From NCBI GenBank assembly GCA_963817895.1, contig CAWFQB010000011.1, positions 224,001 through 288,000 on the forward strand: DNA of 64,000 nt, in the 5' to 3' direction. Under the pieces are notes generated by a model that made no database searches, had not been told where the DNA came from, and saw only the letters and a program-made list of their open reading frames with translations. The stretch is from an uncultured Chthonomonadaceae bacterium (lineage in GTDB: Bacteria > Armatimonadota > Chthonomonadetes > Chthonomonadales > Chthonomonadaceae). Positions 9,245 through 18,469 of the stretch are shown piece after piece. How positions within the stretch are numbered: position 1 is the first letter of the stretch; every line of letters starts with the position of its first letter. Made by a program: the position numbers and the translations under genes.

Positions 9245-10308
9245 AGATACTCCGACAAATAGTATATAGGCTGTTTTGAGGCAGGCTAGCGCTCAGGTGG
9301 AGCAGACACACTCCACCCGTCGAAAACCCTTTTTCCGCGTTTACTTTTCCCGGCTTACGCGCCTTGCGGCTCGCGTGTCAGCGCGATCAATTGCACCAGA
9401 CCCACCACACAGAAGCAAGTGCGACGGAACAATCCCGTCGCCAGACGATATTCATCACGCACCATCCGAAACGCTTTGACGCGCCGGATACTATGTTCGA
9501 CACGCACACGCCCTGAGGAAAAGGCGCGGTTCTCTTCTTTCTGCACAGCGCTCAACGCGCCTCCGCGTGGCTTCTTGTGCGGCACTTCGCTGTGGGGTAA
9601 GCCTTGATAGGCCAGATCGCCTTTGACCGTCGCATGGGGAAACTGCTTGGCAACCGTACTCTGCTCATGCACTTTCTTGTCCGACTTCGGGCCGCGATAG
9701 CCCGCATCCACATCAAGAATGTCGCCATTGCGGTTGGTGATGACCTCGGTCTTGAGCGTGTGGTCTTTCTTCTTGCCCGAGTAGAAGGCGCGTTGCTTGG
9801 GTTCAATCGAGGGACGCGGAACCGGCGTCTCGAAACTATCCACAATCACCTGATCCACCTCCTCGGGCTTCCAGGAGGGTTCTTTCTTGGTCCAGCGTTT
9901 CTCCGCTTCCCAGCGGTTGGCCGGACACACGTCTTTGAGGACGCCGACAATCTCATGGAAGGTGTTCTCCGCCACATCGGCGCTGACGCCAAACAGCATG
10001 CCCACCACAGAGAAGGCGACGTTGTGGCGCAGGTACAGCAGCGTCAGCAACACTTCCTGGTAGGGCTTGAGCAGGCGTTTGCGGCCGCCTCCCACCTTGC
10101 GGCGGCGCGTGGGCTTGTTGGCCTGTTCTTGTTGGCGACGGCGCTCGATTTCGGGAAGCGCTGCCAGGAAGAGTTCAGCTAAGGCGGCGTGGGGTAGTCC
10201 GAAGAGCGAACGGACTTTGTTTTCGGGATAGCGGCCAAGTTCGTGAAGGTTCATACGTCTATTCTACCCGCGCCAAGAATAAATCCAAACTTATTTGTCG
10301 GAGTATCT
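9245..10308 (-). mobile_element. IS5-family (ISL2-like) insertion sequence
   Basis: Perfect 17-bp terminal IRs AGATACTCCGACAAATA (9245-9261 / 10292-10308); flanking AAT duplication (a TA duplication with 16-bp IRs also fits); single transposase. Confidence 0.9.
9355..10254 (-). CDS. IS5-family DDE transposase
   Basis: HTH region LLTLLYLRH; IVDSFE, YSGKKKDHTLK, GDLAYQG, RVRVEHSIRRVK. Confidence 0.93.
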   Translation of the reverse strand: MNLHELGRYPENKVRSLFGLPHAALAELFLAALPEIERRRQQEQANKPTRRRKVGGGRKRLLKPYQEVLLTLLYLRHNVAFSVVGMLFGVSADVAENTFHEIVGVLKDVCPANRWEAEKRWTKKEPSWKPEEVDQVIVDSFETPVPRPSIEPKQRAFYSGKKKDHTLKTEVITNRNGDILDVDAGYRGPKSDKKVHEQSTVAKQFPHATVKGDLAYQGLPHSEVPHKKPRGGALSAVQKEENRAFSSGRVRVEHSIRRVKAFRMVRDEYRLATGLFRRTCFCVVGLVQLIALTREPQGA

Positions 10309-10382
10309 AATACAATACTCCCCTCTCCCAGGGCGTTGCGCGGCAAGGAGAGGGGCCGGGGGTGAGGTAATTAAGAACCACC

Positions 10383-12320
10383 ATGCGCGTATTCGGCATC
10401 TGTATAATCTTTTTGTGGCTGTGCAGTTGGGCAGCGCCGACGAGCGCGGGGCGTGTTTCTACCCGTACTCCAGCACAGGTGAGAGTTGACGTTCACATCG
10501 CGCATTTGTTTGACGGCAAACCCCTGCGCATGGAAGAAGTCAGCCTGCATAACCGGGCGGGGAACACGCTGTCTGTTACACGGCTGGCGTACTTGATTTC
10601 GGATGTCGCGCTGCGCGAAGCGGATGGCAAAACAGTCACACTTGCCAATCAGCTGGCGCACATAAATCCCGGCGAAGGGCGCGATACGTTTACGCTTCCC
10701 CCTGTTCCCGCAGGCCGGTACATCGGGATTTCTTTTCACATCGGCCTGCCGCCAACACGCAATCACGCCGACCCGTCCCGCTACCCTGCCAACCATCCGC
10801 TGCACCCGCTTGTAAACCGGCTGCATTGGGGCTGGCAGGGCGGGTACGTGTTTCTCGCATTGGAGGGGCGGTATCGGCAGGCGAGTGGTAAACTGAGCGG
10901 CTACTCCTACCATCTGGCAACGGACAAGAACTTGATGACCGTCCGACTAAATCAGAGTTTCAATCTGGAACAGGATAGTACGCTTAATCTGGCTTTTGAT
11001 GTAGCGAAAATATTTGCCGCCACGCATGAGATAGATATAAAACCGGATGGGAGTGACTCGACGCACTCAGCGCCTGGTGACAAACTTGCTGCGCAATTAA
11101 CGACAAACGTAGAAAAATCGTTTCGGTTTGACGGAATACGGAGGGCGGAACAGATTGCAAAACAACCGGTAAAGGCGAACAGGATTGCGCCTGCGTCACA
11201 TCTTACGCCGTATCCATTTCCAGCCCCCGCGCATTTCCCTCAACCCAACTTGCCCGCCGACAACCCGTTGACCGTTCAGGGCGTCGCGTTGGGAAAGAAA
11301 CTGTTCTTTGAAACCAAATTATCCGGCAATAACACGCAATCCTGCGCCAGTTGCCATCAGCCGGAATATGCGTTCGCGAACGGGGGCAAAGCGGTCAGTG
11401 TCGGCGTTGACGGCAAGCCGGGAACCCGCCGCGCCATGCCGCTGTTCAATCTGGCGTGGCAAAGCGCGTTTACGTGGGACGGGCGGCGAACCCGGCTGCG
11501 CGACCAGATTCTCGCCCCCATTCAGGACGCGCATGAAATGCGTCAATCATTGCCGCAAGCCGTCGCCAAATTGCAGGCCGATACGCAATATACCCAACTC
11601 TTTGCCGACGCGTTCAACTCTTCCGGCTATGATGCAACCCGCCCTGTACAGACTGCTATCTCAAGGAGCGGGCTTCGTCCGCAGGACGACTGGCCGAAGG
11701 CCATAAAACCGGCTTTTTATAAGCCGGAAAAAACGTTAAAAGCAAGCATTGATGCAAACCGAATCGCGCTGGCTATCGAGCAGTATCTGTTGACGCTGGT
11801 ATCGGCGGACGCGAAATTCGACCGCGCCTTGCGAGGCGAAGCGCAGTTTACAGATGAGGAGAAGCGCGGCCTGCTGCTGTTCATCACGGAGTATGACCCG
11901 GCAAGAGGCAAGACAGGCGCGGACTGCTTTCACTGTCACGGCGGCAACCTGTTCACCGATTACCAATTCCGCAACAACGGTCTGGACGCGCAATCCCTGT
12001 ATGAGGCAAAGTCTGGAACCAACAACGGGCTGAAAGACGTGGGACGGTTTCTGGTGACCGGGCGGGAAGCGGACAGGGGAAAATTCAAAACGCCCTCCCT
12101 GCGCAATGTGGAACTGACCGCGCCGTATATGCACGATGGCAGATTTTGCAGTCTGGAAGACGTTATGCGGCACTACAACGCGGGCGTTCAGCGCAGTGAC
12201 ACGCTCGACCCCAACATCGCCAAACATCCCGAGGGTGGCATGGGGCTTTCGGATGCGGATGTACGCGCCCTTATCGCCTTTTTGAAGACCCTGACCGATG
12301 CCCGTTTCCATTCTCACTAA
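10383..12320 (+). CDS. MbnP-like domain fused to an MbnH/MauG-type di-heme cytochrome c enzyme
   Basis: Signal peptide; N-domain NHADP..HPL..LHWGWQGGYVF (WxW); C-domain PADNPLT, CASCH, WDGR, CFHCH, FKTPSLRNV, APYMHDG. Confidence 0.85.
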   Translation: MRVFGICIIFLWLCSWAAPTSAGRVSTRTPAQVRVDVHIAHLFDGKPLRMEEVSLHNRAGNTLSVTRLAYLISDVALREADGKTVTLANQLAHINPGEGRDTFTLPPVPAGRYIGISFHIGLPPTRNHADPSRYPANHPLHPLVNRLHWGWQGGYVFLALEGRYRQASGKLSGYSYHLATDKNLMTVRLNQSFNLEQDSTLNLAFDVAKIFAATHEIDIKPDGSDSTHSAPGDKLAAQLTTNVEKSFRFDGIRRAEQIAKQPVKANRIAPASHLTPYPFPAPAHFPQPNLPADNPLTVQGVALGKKLFFETKLSGNNTQSCASCHQPEYAFANGGKAVSVGVDGKPGTRRAMPLFNLAWQSAFTWDGRRTRLRDQILAPIQDAHEMRQSLPQAVAKLQADTQYTQLFADAFNSSGYDATRPVQTAISRSGLRPQDDWPKAIKPAFYKPEKTLKASIDANRIALAIEQYLLTLVSADAKFDRALRGEAQFTDEEKRGLLLFITEYDPARGKTGADCFHCHGGNLFTDYQFRNNGLDAQSLYEAKSGTNNGLKDVGRFLVTGREADRGKFKTPSLRNVELTAPYMHDGRFCSLEDVMRHYNAGVQRSDTLDPNIAKHPEGGMGLSDADVRALIAFLKTLTDARFHSH

Positions 12321-12341
12321 CCCTTTACAATCAAACGCAAA

Positions 12342-12413
12342 TAGGGCAGGGGCTTGTCCCCTGCCGATGTATCTCACTGCCCACGTATCGGCAGGGGACA
12401 AGCCCCTGCCCTA
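12342..12413. repeat. Family E REP doublet ((G)TAG...CTAC type), perfect 27-bp inverted repeat
   Basis: tagggcaggggcttgtcccctgccgat ... atcggcaggggacaagcccctgcccta, each arm internally palindromic. Confidence 0.85.
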
Positions 12414-12501
12414 CCTGCTTGGCGCAACATGAATATTGCATACGGCTTCGTAAATCGTGTACACTGAATATATTCTAACGCGATTGAGGAGAAGTCTGCG
12501 C

Positions 12502-13509
12502 ATGTCAACAATGCGGTTTTGGGTACATTGGGCTGTGATGCTCTGTATGATACTAGCGGTAGGAAATACTGCAAATGCGCAGGACGCTCCGCGCTTTACC
12601 CTCCCGCCCCCCGCTGATGCAGCGGAAGCGTTGCGGTTGGATTTTTATAAGTACGATGCCGCGTTGCCGCTCAACGCCGAACTCACGCCGATGCCCGACA
12701 AGTACCCATATTGGACGCGGCAAGGCTTGACTTACGACAGCGCCCACGACCAGAAAGTGACGGCGATACTCGCGCTTCCCAAACATTTTGCGCCGCCGTA
12801 CCCGGCTGTGATTCTGGTGCATGGTTCGGGCGGGCATAAAGACACGTCGTATATTACGCTGGCAAGCGCAAATCTGTGTCAGCGCGGTTACGCGACCCTG
12901 TCCATTGATACGCAGTATCACGGCGGGCGCACAAGACCGGGGCGCAGCGGCGAAATCCACATGCCCGACTCGTATGCCATGCGCGATGCATGGGTGCAAA
13001 GCGTCATTGATGTGCGCCGCGCCGTAGATTACCTGCAAAGCCGGACGGACATAGACGGGGGCAAAATCGGGTACTTAGGGTTTTCGCAGGGCGCGATGCT
13101 GGGTTCCGTCGTGGTGGGCGTGGAGGATCGTATCGGCCCGTTTTGTCTGGCAGTTCCGGGCGGCGGGATCGTGGATATTGTCAAGAACATTGACAAATAC
13201 CCCGTTCTGAAAGCGCATTGGCCCATCAAGCAGTCGCCGGGATTGATGCAGAAAGTGGAAGACATCGCCAACGTCACCGACCCCATCCACTACATCGGGC
13301 GCATCGGTAATCGGCCCCTGCTTATCATCGTCGCCAGGTACGACGAAATTATTCCGCCCGAAGCTTCGGAAGCCTTAATCAAAGCCGCCCATGCCGACGA
13401 AACCACGCAGGTCAAGCGATGGGCGTCCGGCCACGTCCTCAACCCGACCGCCATTTTCGATATGCAGACATTTTTCGTGAGCCATTTGGGACAACGCAAA
13501 TCGTCTTGA
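12502..13509 (+). CDS. Secreted alpha/beta hydrolase (esterase-like)
   Basis: Signal peptide; ILVHGSGG, GFSQG nucleophile elbow, DEIIP, SGH. Confidence 0.85.
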   Translation: MSTMRFWVHWAVMLCMILAVGNTANAQDAPRFTLPPPADAAEALRLDFYKYDAALPLNAELTPMPDKYPYWTRQGLTYDSAHDQKVTAILALPKHFAPPYPAVILVHGSGGHKDTSYITLASANLCQRGYATLSIDTQYHGGRTRPGRSGEIHMPDSYAMRDAWVQSVIDVRRAVDYLQSRTDIDGGKIGYLGFSQGAMLGSVVVGVEDRIGPFCLAVPGGGIVDIVKNIDKYPVLKAHWPIKQSPGLMQKVEDIANVTDPIHYIGRIGNRPLLIIVARYDEIIPPEASEALIKAAHADETTQVKRWASGHVLNPTAIFDMQTFFVSHLGQRKSS

Positions 13510-13650
13510 ACCATGATCAGGCATGATTGAAATGATTACCATGATAATGCTGGTAGGAAGTGAGATGCGCGTAATCAGGATGAGGCTATAAGGAACGCTC
13601 CTTTTCAATCATGGCAATCACTTCAATCATGCCTGATCATGGTTCAAGAC
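13503..13650. repeat. Family A inverted-repeat element, second copy
   Basis: gtcttgaaccatgatcaggcatgattgaa ... ttcaatcatgcctgatcatggttcaagac; between convergent genes, overlaps the upstream stop codon. Confidence 0.9.
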
Positions 13651-13657
13651 AAGATCA

Positions 13658-15389
13658 TCACTCCAAAACCAAAAGCGAGACCGCCTGACGGGGAAGCGTA
13701 AAGCGCAATGTAGATTTACCTGCTTCCACCGAAATTTTAGAGGCAGGTTCCAGCAGGGTCAGTTTGCCGGCTTTTTCCAGTTGCGCGATTTGCATAGTCG
13801 TGGGCGCTTGCGGCGAACCCATGCGCTGCCATGCCGTGAACGCATTGCTGTGGGCGTCGTCTATGCGGTAATGAGAGAGTTTCGCCGCGCTTTTATCGGT
13901 CAGGCCGCTTACGTCCAATGTAATGTCGGCGGACGGGCCACTTATATCGTCATCGTGGTAGTGCCAGACGAGAACTGACACTTTATGCCCCTGAACGCTT
14001 GCCAGCGCGGATACATCCGGCTCGGTTCGTACCCCGTTCTTCAGCATCGCGTCTAATGGAATGGCGGCGGAACTGTCTGCGGCAATTCGCTGTCCATCCA
14101 TTTTCCAAGCATCCGAAACACGTTGAAAACGGGCAGGTCAATGCCGTTTGTCGCCATCACGCGGAAACCCGCGAAATACGGCTGGTTCTCGAACTCGAAC
14201 GCCCATGTCAACGCGCCCTCGAAGTTGACGCCATGTTTGTCGGCAAGATCGTATTCGCGGGCAATGCGGCGGCTGTATAACTGGCGTACATCGTGCCATT
14301 GCGATAGCCTAATTGGGGCCCCTGACACGCGGCGCACCCGTCCGGGTCGGATTCGCCAATCACAATGGGCGTGTTTTTCAGTGCGGGATACGAGGCTATT
14401 GTGGCGAAACCGGTATCTATATTGCGCAGTTGGTTAGCGATGCCCATGCGGACATGTCCGTTCTCGAACGTGGGCGAACCTTTGGCATGAAACGAGACGA
14501 AATCCAGCGGCGTTCCCGTTTTGCCTGTCGCATAGTTCGTTCCGCGCAGGCAATGCTCGTAAAAGTCGCGCATGAACTTGCCGCCGCTGCCCGCCATGTC
14601 CATGCCGCCGCTGCCCGCCATGTCCATGCCGCCGACGCGGGCTGTGGGCAGGGCGCGGCGAACGGCGTCAATGGCGAAATCGTGCAGGCGGTAGAATTCT
14701 TCGGGCGTTCCGCGCCAGTAGCCGATGTTGGGTTCGTTCCACACCTCCCAGTACCAGCGTTCCACTTCCGCGCGCCCGTATCGCTCCACGCAATGCCGCG
14801 TCCACTGATAGACCAGTTCGCCCCACTTCGCGTAATCTTTCGGCGGGTACGCCCATCCCGTATAAATCTCCTCGTATTTCGCCGCCGGTGTCCAGTGGTG
14901 CTGATAGGGAACAGGCTTGACGGATAGGGCTTCCGGCATGAAACCGATCTGCACATAAGGCTTGACGCCGCGCTGTAGGTACGTGTCGAAAATGCGATCC
15001 GTAATCGTCCAATCGTAAATCGGCCTGCCCTGCGCGTCCTCGGTATAGGCGTTGGTGCTGCCCCATTTAAGCGCGGGCGTCCCATCCCCGGACGTAAGCA
15101 GGTTATGTGTACGGAAATAGGGCGTATGCGACCCGAAATTTCCAATTTCGGTAATCAGTTTCTTGCCGTTCTTCATGTAGGCATAGTTCGGCTCGTCAGC
15201 CCCGAAGAACCGCCACACGGGGCGCAGTTCGCCCTTTGTTTGCGCGGCGTTCACATGAATGGCAACGGGAAACGAGTTTGTAGTCACGGGTGGATTTGCA
15301 GAAGGAGGTGTGGACTGCCGGACGTAAGCGGCGCGAAGGGTACTGCCGAGCAGCATAAGGGAAGCGGCAAGCAAAAGATGAGTACGCAT
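13658..15389 (-). CDS. GH39 beta-xylosidase-like protein (frameshifted near the C-terminus)
   Basis: WRFFGADEPN, WEVWNEPN, DFVSFHAKG, IGESDP, ALTWAFEFE, HYRIDDAHSN. Confidence 0.88.
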
Positions 15390-15435
15390 AAGTTCTCCAT
15401 TGAACAGTAAAATAGCCGCGATGTATTTCTTTCTC

Positions 15436-15473
15436 TCTGTGAAACCTCTGTGCCTCTGTGCCTCTGTGGTGAA
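15436..15473. repeat. Family F repeat arm
   Basis: ctctgtgaaacctctgtgcctctgtgcctctgtggtgaa. Confidence 0.8.
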
Positions 15474-15476
15474 AAA

Positions 15477-16580
15477 TTACGCGATTGCCGCTGCGGGTTC
15501 GTCTTCGTTGGATTCGTGCGGCGTGGTGAGTATGTCGTTTTGCGGCACGGTATGGCCTTCGGCTTGCAGCACGGAGTACAGGGCGGCAAGAGCGACTTCG
15601 GTCTGTTGGGCGTCCGGTTCCCGTGTGGTCAAATACTGCGTTGCCATGCCGGGCGCGAACGCGGCCATTACGAGCGGGTTGCGCCGGAACTTGCCCGCGA
15701 ACTTGATGATCTCATAGGACACGCCCGCCACAATCGGCACAATGGCGACTTGCAGCGCGAACCGGGCTAAAAAGAACGGGAACCGGGGCAGAAACACGAC
15801 GACAATCAGATCAATCAGCAGAACGATGAAAATGAAACTTGTTCCGCAGCGGGGATGAATACGGGAGGCTTGAAGGGCGTTTTCGCGGGTCAGGGGCAAT
15901 CCTGCTTCCAGCGTGTTGATGGCTTTATGCTCTGCGCCGTGATACTGAAACACGCGCTTGATTTGCGCCATTTGCGAAATCAACAGAATGTAGCCAAAAA
16001 AGATGCTCATGCGAATCACGCCGTCGAGCAGGTTCAACTGCCGGTCGCCCGCCGTGTGACTGACCACGCCGATTTTTTGCAGCCCCGGCGTAATCAGCGT
16101 CGGCAATAACTTAAACAGCACAATGGCAAAGCACAGACTGAATATTATCGTTCCGCCAATGGCGATGTCGTTAATCCTGTTGCTTTGGGGAATGGTGGAT
16201 GGTGGCTGGTTGTTGGTGACTGTTGACGGACTTGTATCTTGTATCTCGTATCTTGTATCTCTCTTCTCCTTTTCTTCCTCTGTTTCATGTACGGTCTGCA
16301 TCTGCACGTTGGAGGCGTAGGCAAGGGCGCGGGTTCCCAGTGCCATCGCGTCAATCAGGGCGAACGTGCCTCGAACGAACGGCCATTTCAGGAACTTCAA
16401 CTTTGCCAGTTTGCCTAAAATGGTGTTGGCGACGGGTTCGCGCTGCACGACAATGGTTCCATCGGGCTTGCGGCAGGCGACGGCAAAGTAGTGCGGGCTG
16501 CGCATCATCACGCCCTCGATGACGGCCTGCCCGCCGTATTGCAGCAGTTCCTTGCTTTCCGGTTTGCCTGTTTCGCTCAT
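15477..16580 (-). CDS. DUF1385 membrane protein
   Basis: YGGQAVIEGVMMR, FQYHGAEHK, HPRCGTSF, QYLTTREP; downstream of rpmE. Confidence 0.9.
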   Translation of the reverse strand: MSETGKPESKELLQYGGQAVIEGVMMRSPHYFAVACRKPDGTIVVQREPVANTILGKLAKLKFLKWPFVRGTFALIDAMALGTRALAYASNVQMQTVHETEEEKEKRDTRYEIQDTSPSTVTNNQPPSTIPQSNRINDIAIGGTIIFSLCFAIVLFKLLPTLITPGLQKIGVVSHTAGDRQLNLLDGVIRMSIFFGYILLISQMAQIKRVFQYHGAEHKAINTLEAGLPLTRENALQASRIHPRCGTSFIFIVLLIDLIVVVFLPRFPFFLARFALQVAIVPIVAGVSYEIIKFAGKFRRNPLVMAAFAPGMATQYLTTREPDAQQTEVALAALYSVLQAEGHTVPQNDILTTPHESNEDEPAAAIA

Positions 16581-16585
16581 ATGTT

Positions 16586-16725
16586 TTTACCTCACCCCAA
16601 CCCCTCTCCTTGCCGCGCAACGCGCCAGGAGAGGGGCTTTATTGTTCAAGACAAGTTACAGATAAATAGTTGTTCCAGTCCGCGCAGGCGGACTTCGTTA
16701 TCACAGCCGCGCAATTTATTGCACG
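16586..16725. repeat. Single family B arm (16586-16638) followed by another palindromic REP-like unit (16678-16725)
   Basis: ttacctcaccccaacccctctccttgccgcgcaacgcgccaggagagggg; agtccgcgcaggcggact hairpin. Confidence 0.8.
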
Positions 16726-16865
16726 AACGCTCAGTAGAACAATTTAATGAACGAAAGTCCCTTACAAAAAGTGCAAAAGCGCGTCTTCGTTCCGGGCGGA
16801 ATGTCCGCGACAAGAAACAAAAACGCGCTTGTAACTGAAACCAAACACCAACCGCCAGAAACCGA

Positions 16866-17111
16866 CTACTTCATTTTGTATTTCTGGAGGAACTTCTCGA
16901 CGCGGCCTTCGGTGTCCATGATCTTCTGCTTGCCCGTGTAAAACGGGTGGGAGGCGGAAGAGATTTCAATGGTAATCAGCGGGTACTCGTTGCCGTCTTC
17001 CCACTTGATTTTGCGGTCGGTTTTGATGGTGGAGCGGGTCAAAAACGAATAGTTTACGGACGTGTCCTGAATGACAACGGGCCGATATTCGGGATGAATG
17101 TCTTTTTTCAC
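16866..17111 (-). CDS. rpmE: 50S ribosomal protein L31, type B (Cys-free)
   Basis: [40 protein letters not shown] start with AAGGA RBS. Confidence 0.95.
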   Translation of the reverse strand: MKKDIHPEYRPVVIQDTSVNYSFLTRSTIKTDRKIKWEDGNEYPLITIEISSASHPFYTGKQKIMDTEGRVEKFLQKYKMK

Positions 17112-17144
17112 TGGGCTTTCCTTTCGGGTATCTGTCAACACTCT

Positions 17145-17174
17145 ATTATAGCCTGATTACGCATGGAAAATCAA
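17145..17174 (-). promoter_or_regulatory. Putative sigma70 promoter of rpmE
   Basis: TTGATT-18 nt-TATAAT on the minus strand. Confidence 0.6.
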
Positions 17175-17186
17175 GGTAATAAAGGG

Positions 17187-18298
17187 TCAAATAATGCGGA
17201 GTTCCTGCGCGGCGTCAGCGTTCAGGGAGCGACCGCCCTCCGCTGTGACCGTGACGATGTTTTCGATGCGGACGCCGAAACGTCCTTCCAGATAGATTCC
17301 CGGCTCAATCGAAAAGCACATTCCCGGCTGCAAGGGAGTGGAAACGCCCGTGTTGATGTCCGGCGGCTCATGTCCCGACAGGCCAATGCCGTGTCCCGTT
17401 CGATGCACGAAATACTCGCCATAGCCTGCCTGTTCGATAATGTTGCGAGCCGCTGCGTCTACTGCTTCGCACGTTTCGCCCGGTTTGACGGCGTTCCGCG
17501 CCGCCCAATGCGCTTGATTGACAATCTCGTACACGCGCTTCGCGTCGGGATCGGAGGGTTCGCCGAACGCGACGGTTCGCGTAATATCGGAGCAGTAGTT
17601 GTGCCACGTACAGCCGATGTCAATAATCACCATGTCGCCTCTATGCAATTGTGTCGCGCCGCTGTCATGGTGGGGACGGCTGGTGTTCGCGCCAAAACAG
17701 ATCAGGGGCGAAAAAGAGGGCGTGGACTGATGCTTCTTGATAGCCGGCCAGAACCACGTCTGCCAGTTCCGCTTCCGTCATGCCTTCGCGCAGTTGCCTA
17801 ACGGTTTCCTCAAAAATGGTGTCAATCAGAATGGCGGCGGATTCCAGATTCGCCAGTTCCGCATCGGTTTTCATGCCGCGCAGAACGGCGAACGTACTCC
17901 CGCCCGTCCGGCAGCGGAACGTGGGGAACAGGTTTTGCAGACCGAGCAGGTGCGCGGCCTGCATCTCGTCGTCCACGAGGACAATCGCATCATCAGGCAA
18001 TTGGTACGATTCGATGAGTTCGCGAACGGCAGGCTGCCATCCGGTCGCGTCCGTCCAGCCGCGCACATCGGTAATGCCTGCCGGATTATTGGCGCGTACC
18101 CTGCGCGTTGAGCGATGGCACGACAAACGCGGGTTCGCCCTGCGCTGGCACAAACAGGGACAGCAGCCGCTCATGCCCGCCCTCCACATACCCGCTCAAA
18201 TACCGCATCTGGTTGGTAAAGGACAGCGCGGCCAAACTCGCGTCCTGTTCCCGCATCACCTCTTGCAGCCGCGCAATTCGCCCCGCATAATCGTTCAT
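17187..18298 (-). CDS. Xaa-Pro aminopeptidase family M24 (frameshifted)
   Basis: MRYLSGY..HERL, IDIG..YCSDITRT, HRTGHGIG..HEPP, SIEPGIY, GVRIEN. Confidence 0.9.
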
Positions 18299-18343
18299 CC
18301 GTAGAACTCTCCTCAACTTGCAATCTGACGCCAAAACAACCCC

Positions 18344-18469
18344 GTAGGGACACAACTTGTTGTGTCCTCTTCCGTCAACGTGTCCTCTTCCGTAAGCACG
18401 GACACGCCGCACGTATATGCGACCGATGCGGACACGCCACCGATGCGGACACAACAGTTGTGTCCCTAC
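18344..18469. repeat. GTAG-type REP doublet
   Basis: gtagggacacaacttgttgtgtcc ... ggacacaacagttgtgtccctac; the right arm supplies the cysS stop codon. Confidence 0.8.

Larger units (their letters stand above)
9106..10370. repeat. Family B REPIN-like doublet (arms 9106-9159 and 10318-10370) interrupted by an IS
   Basis: ttacctcacccccggcccctctccttgccgcgcaacgccctgg..gagagggg and its inverse. Confidence 0.9.

Noticed and set aside
10383..12320. Methanobactin biosynthetic cluster
   Set aside because: No precursor peptide, MbnB/MbnC or TonB-dependent transporter is visible
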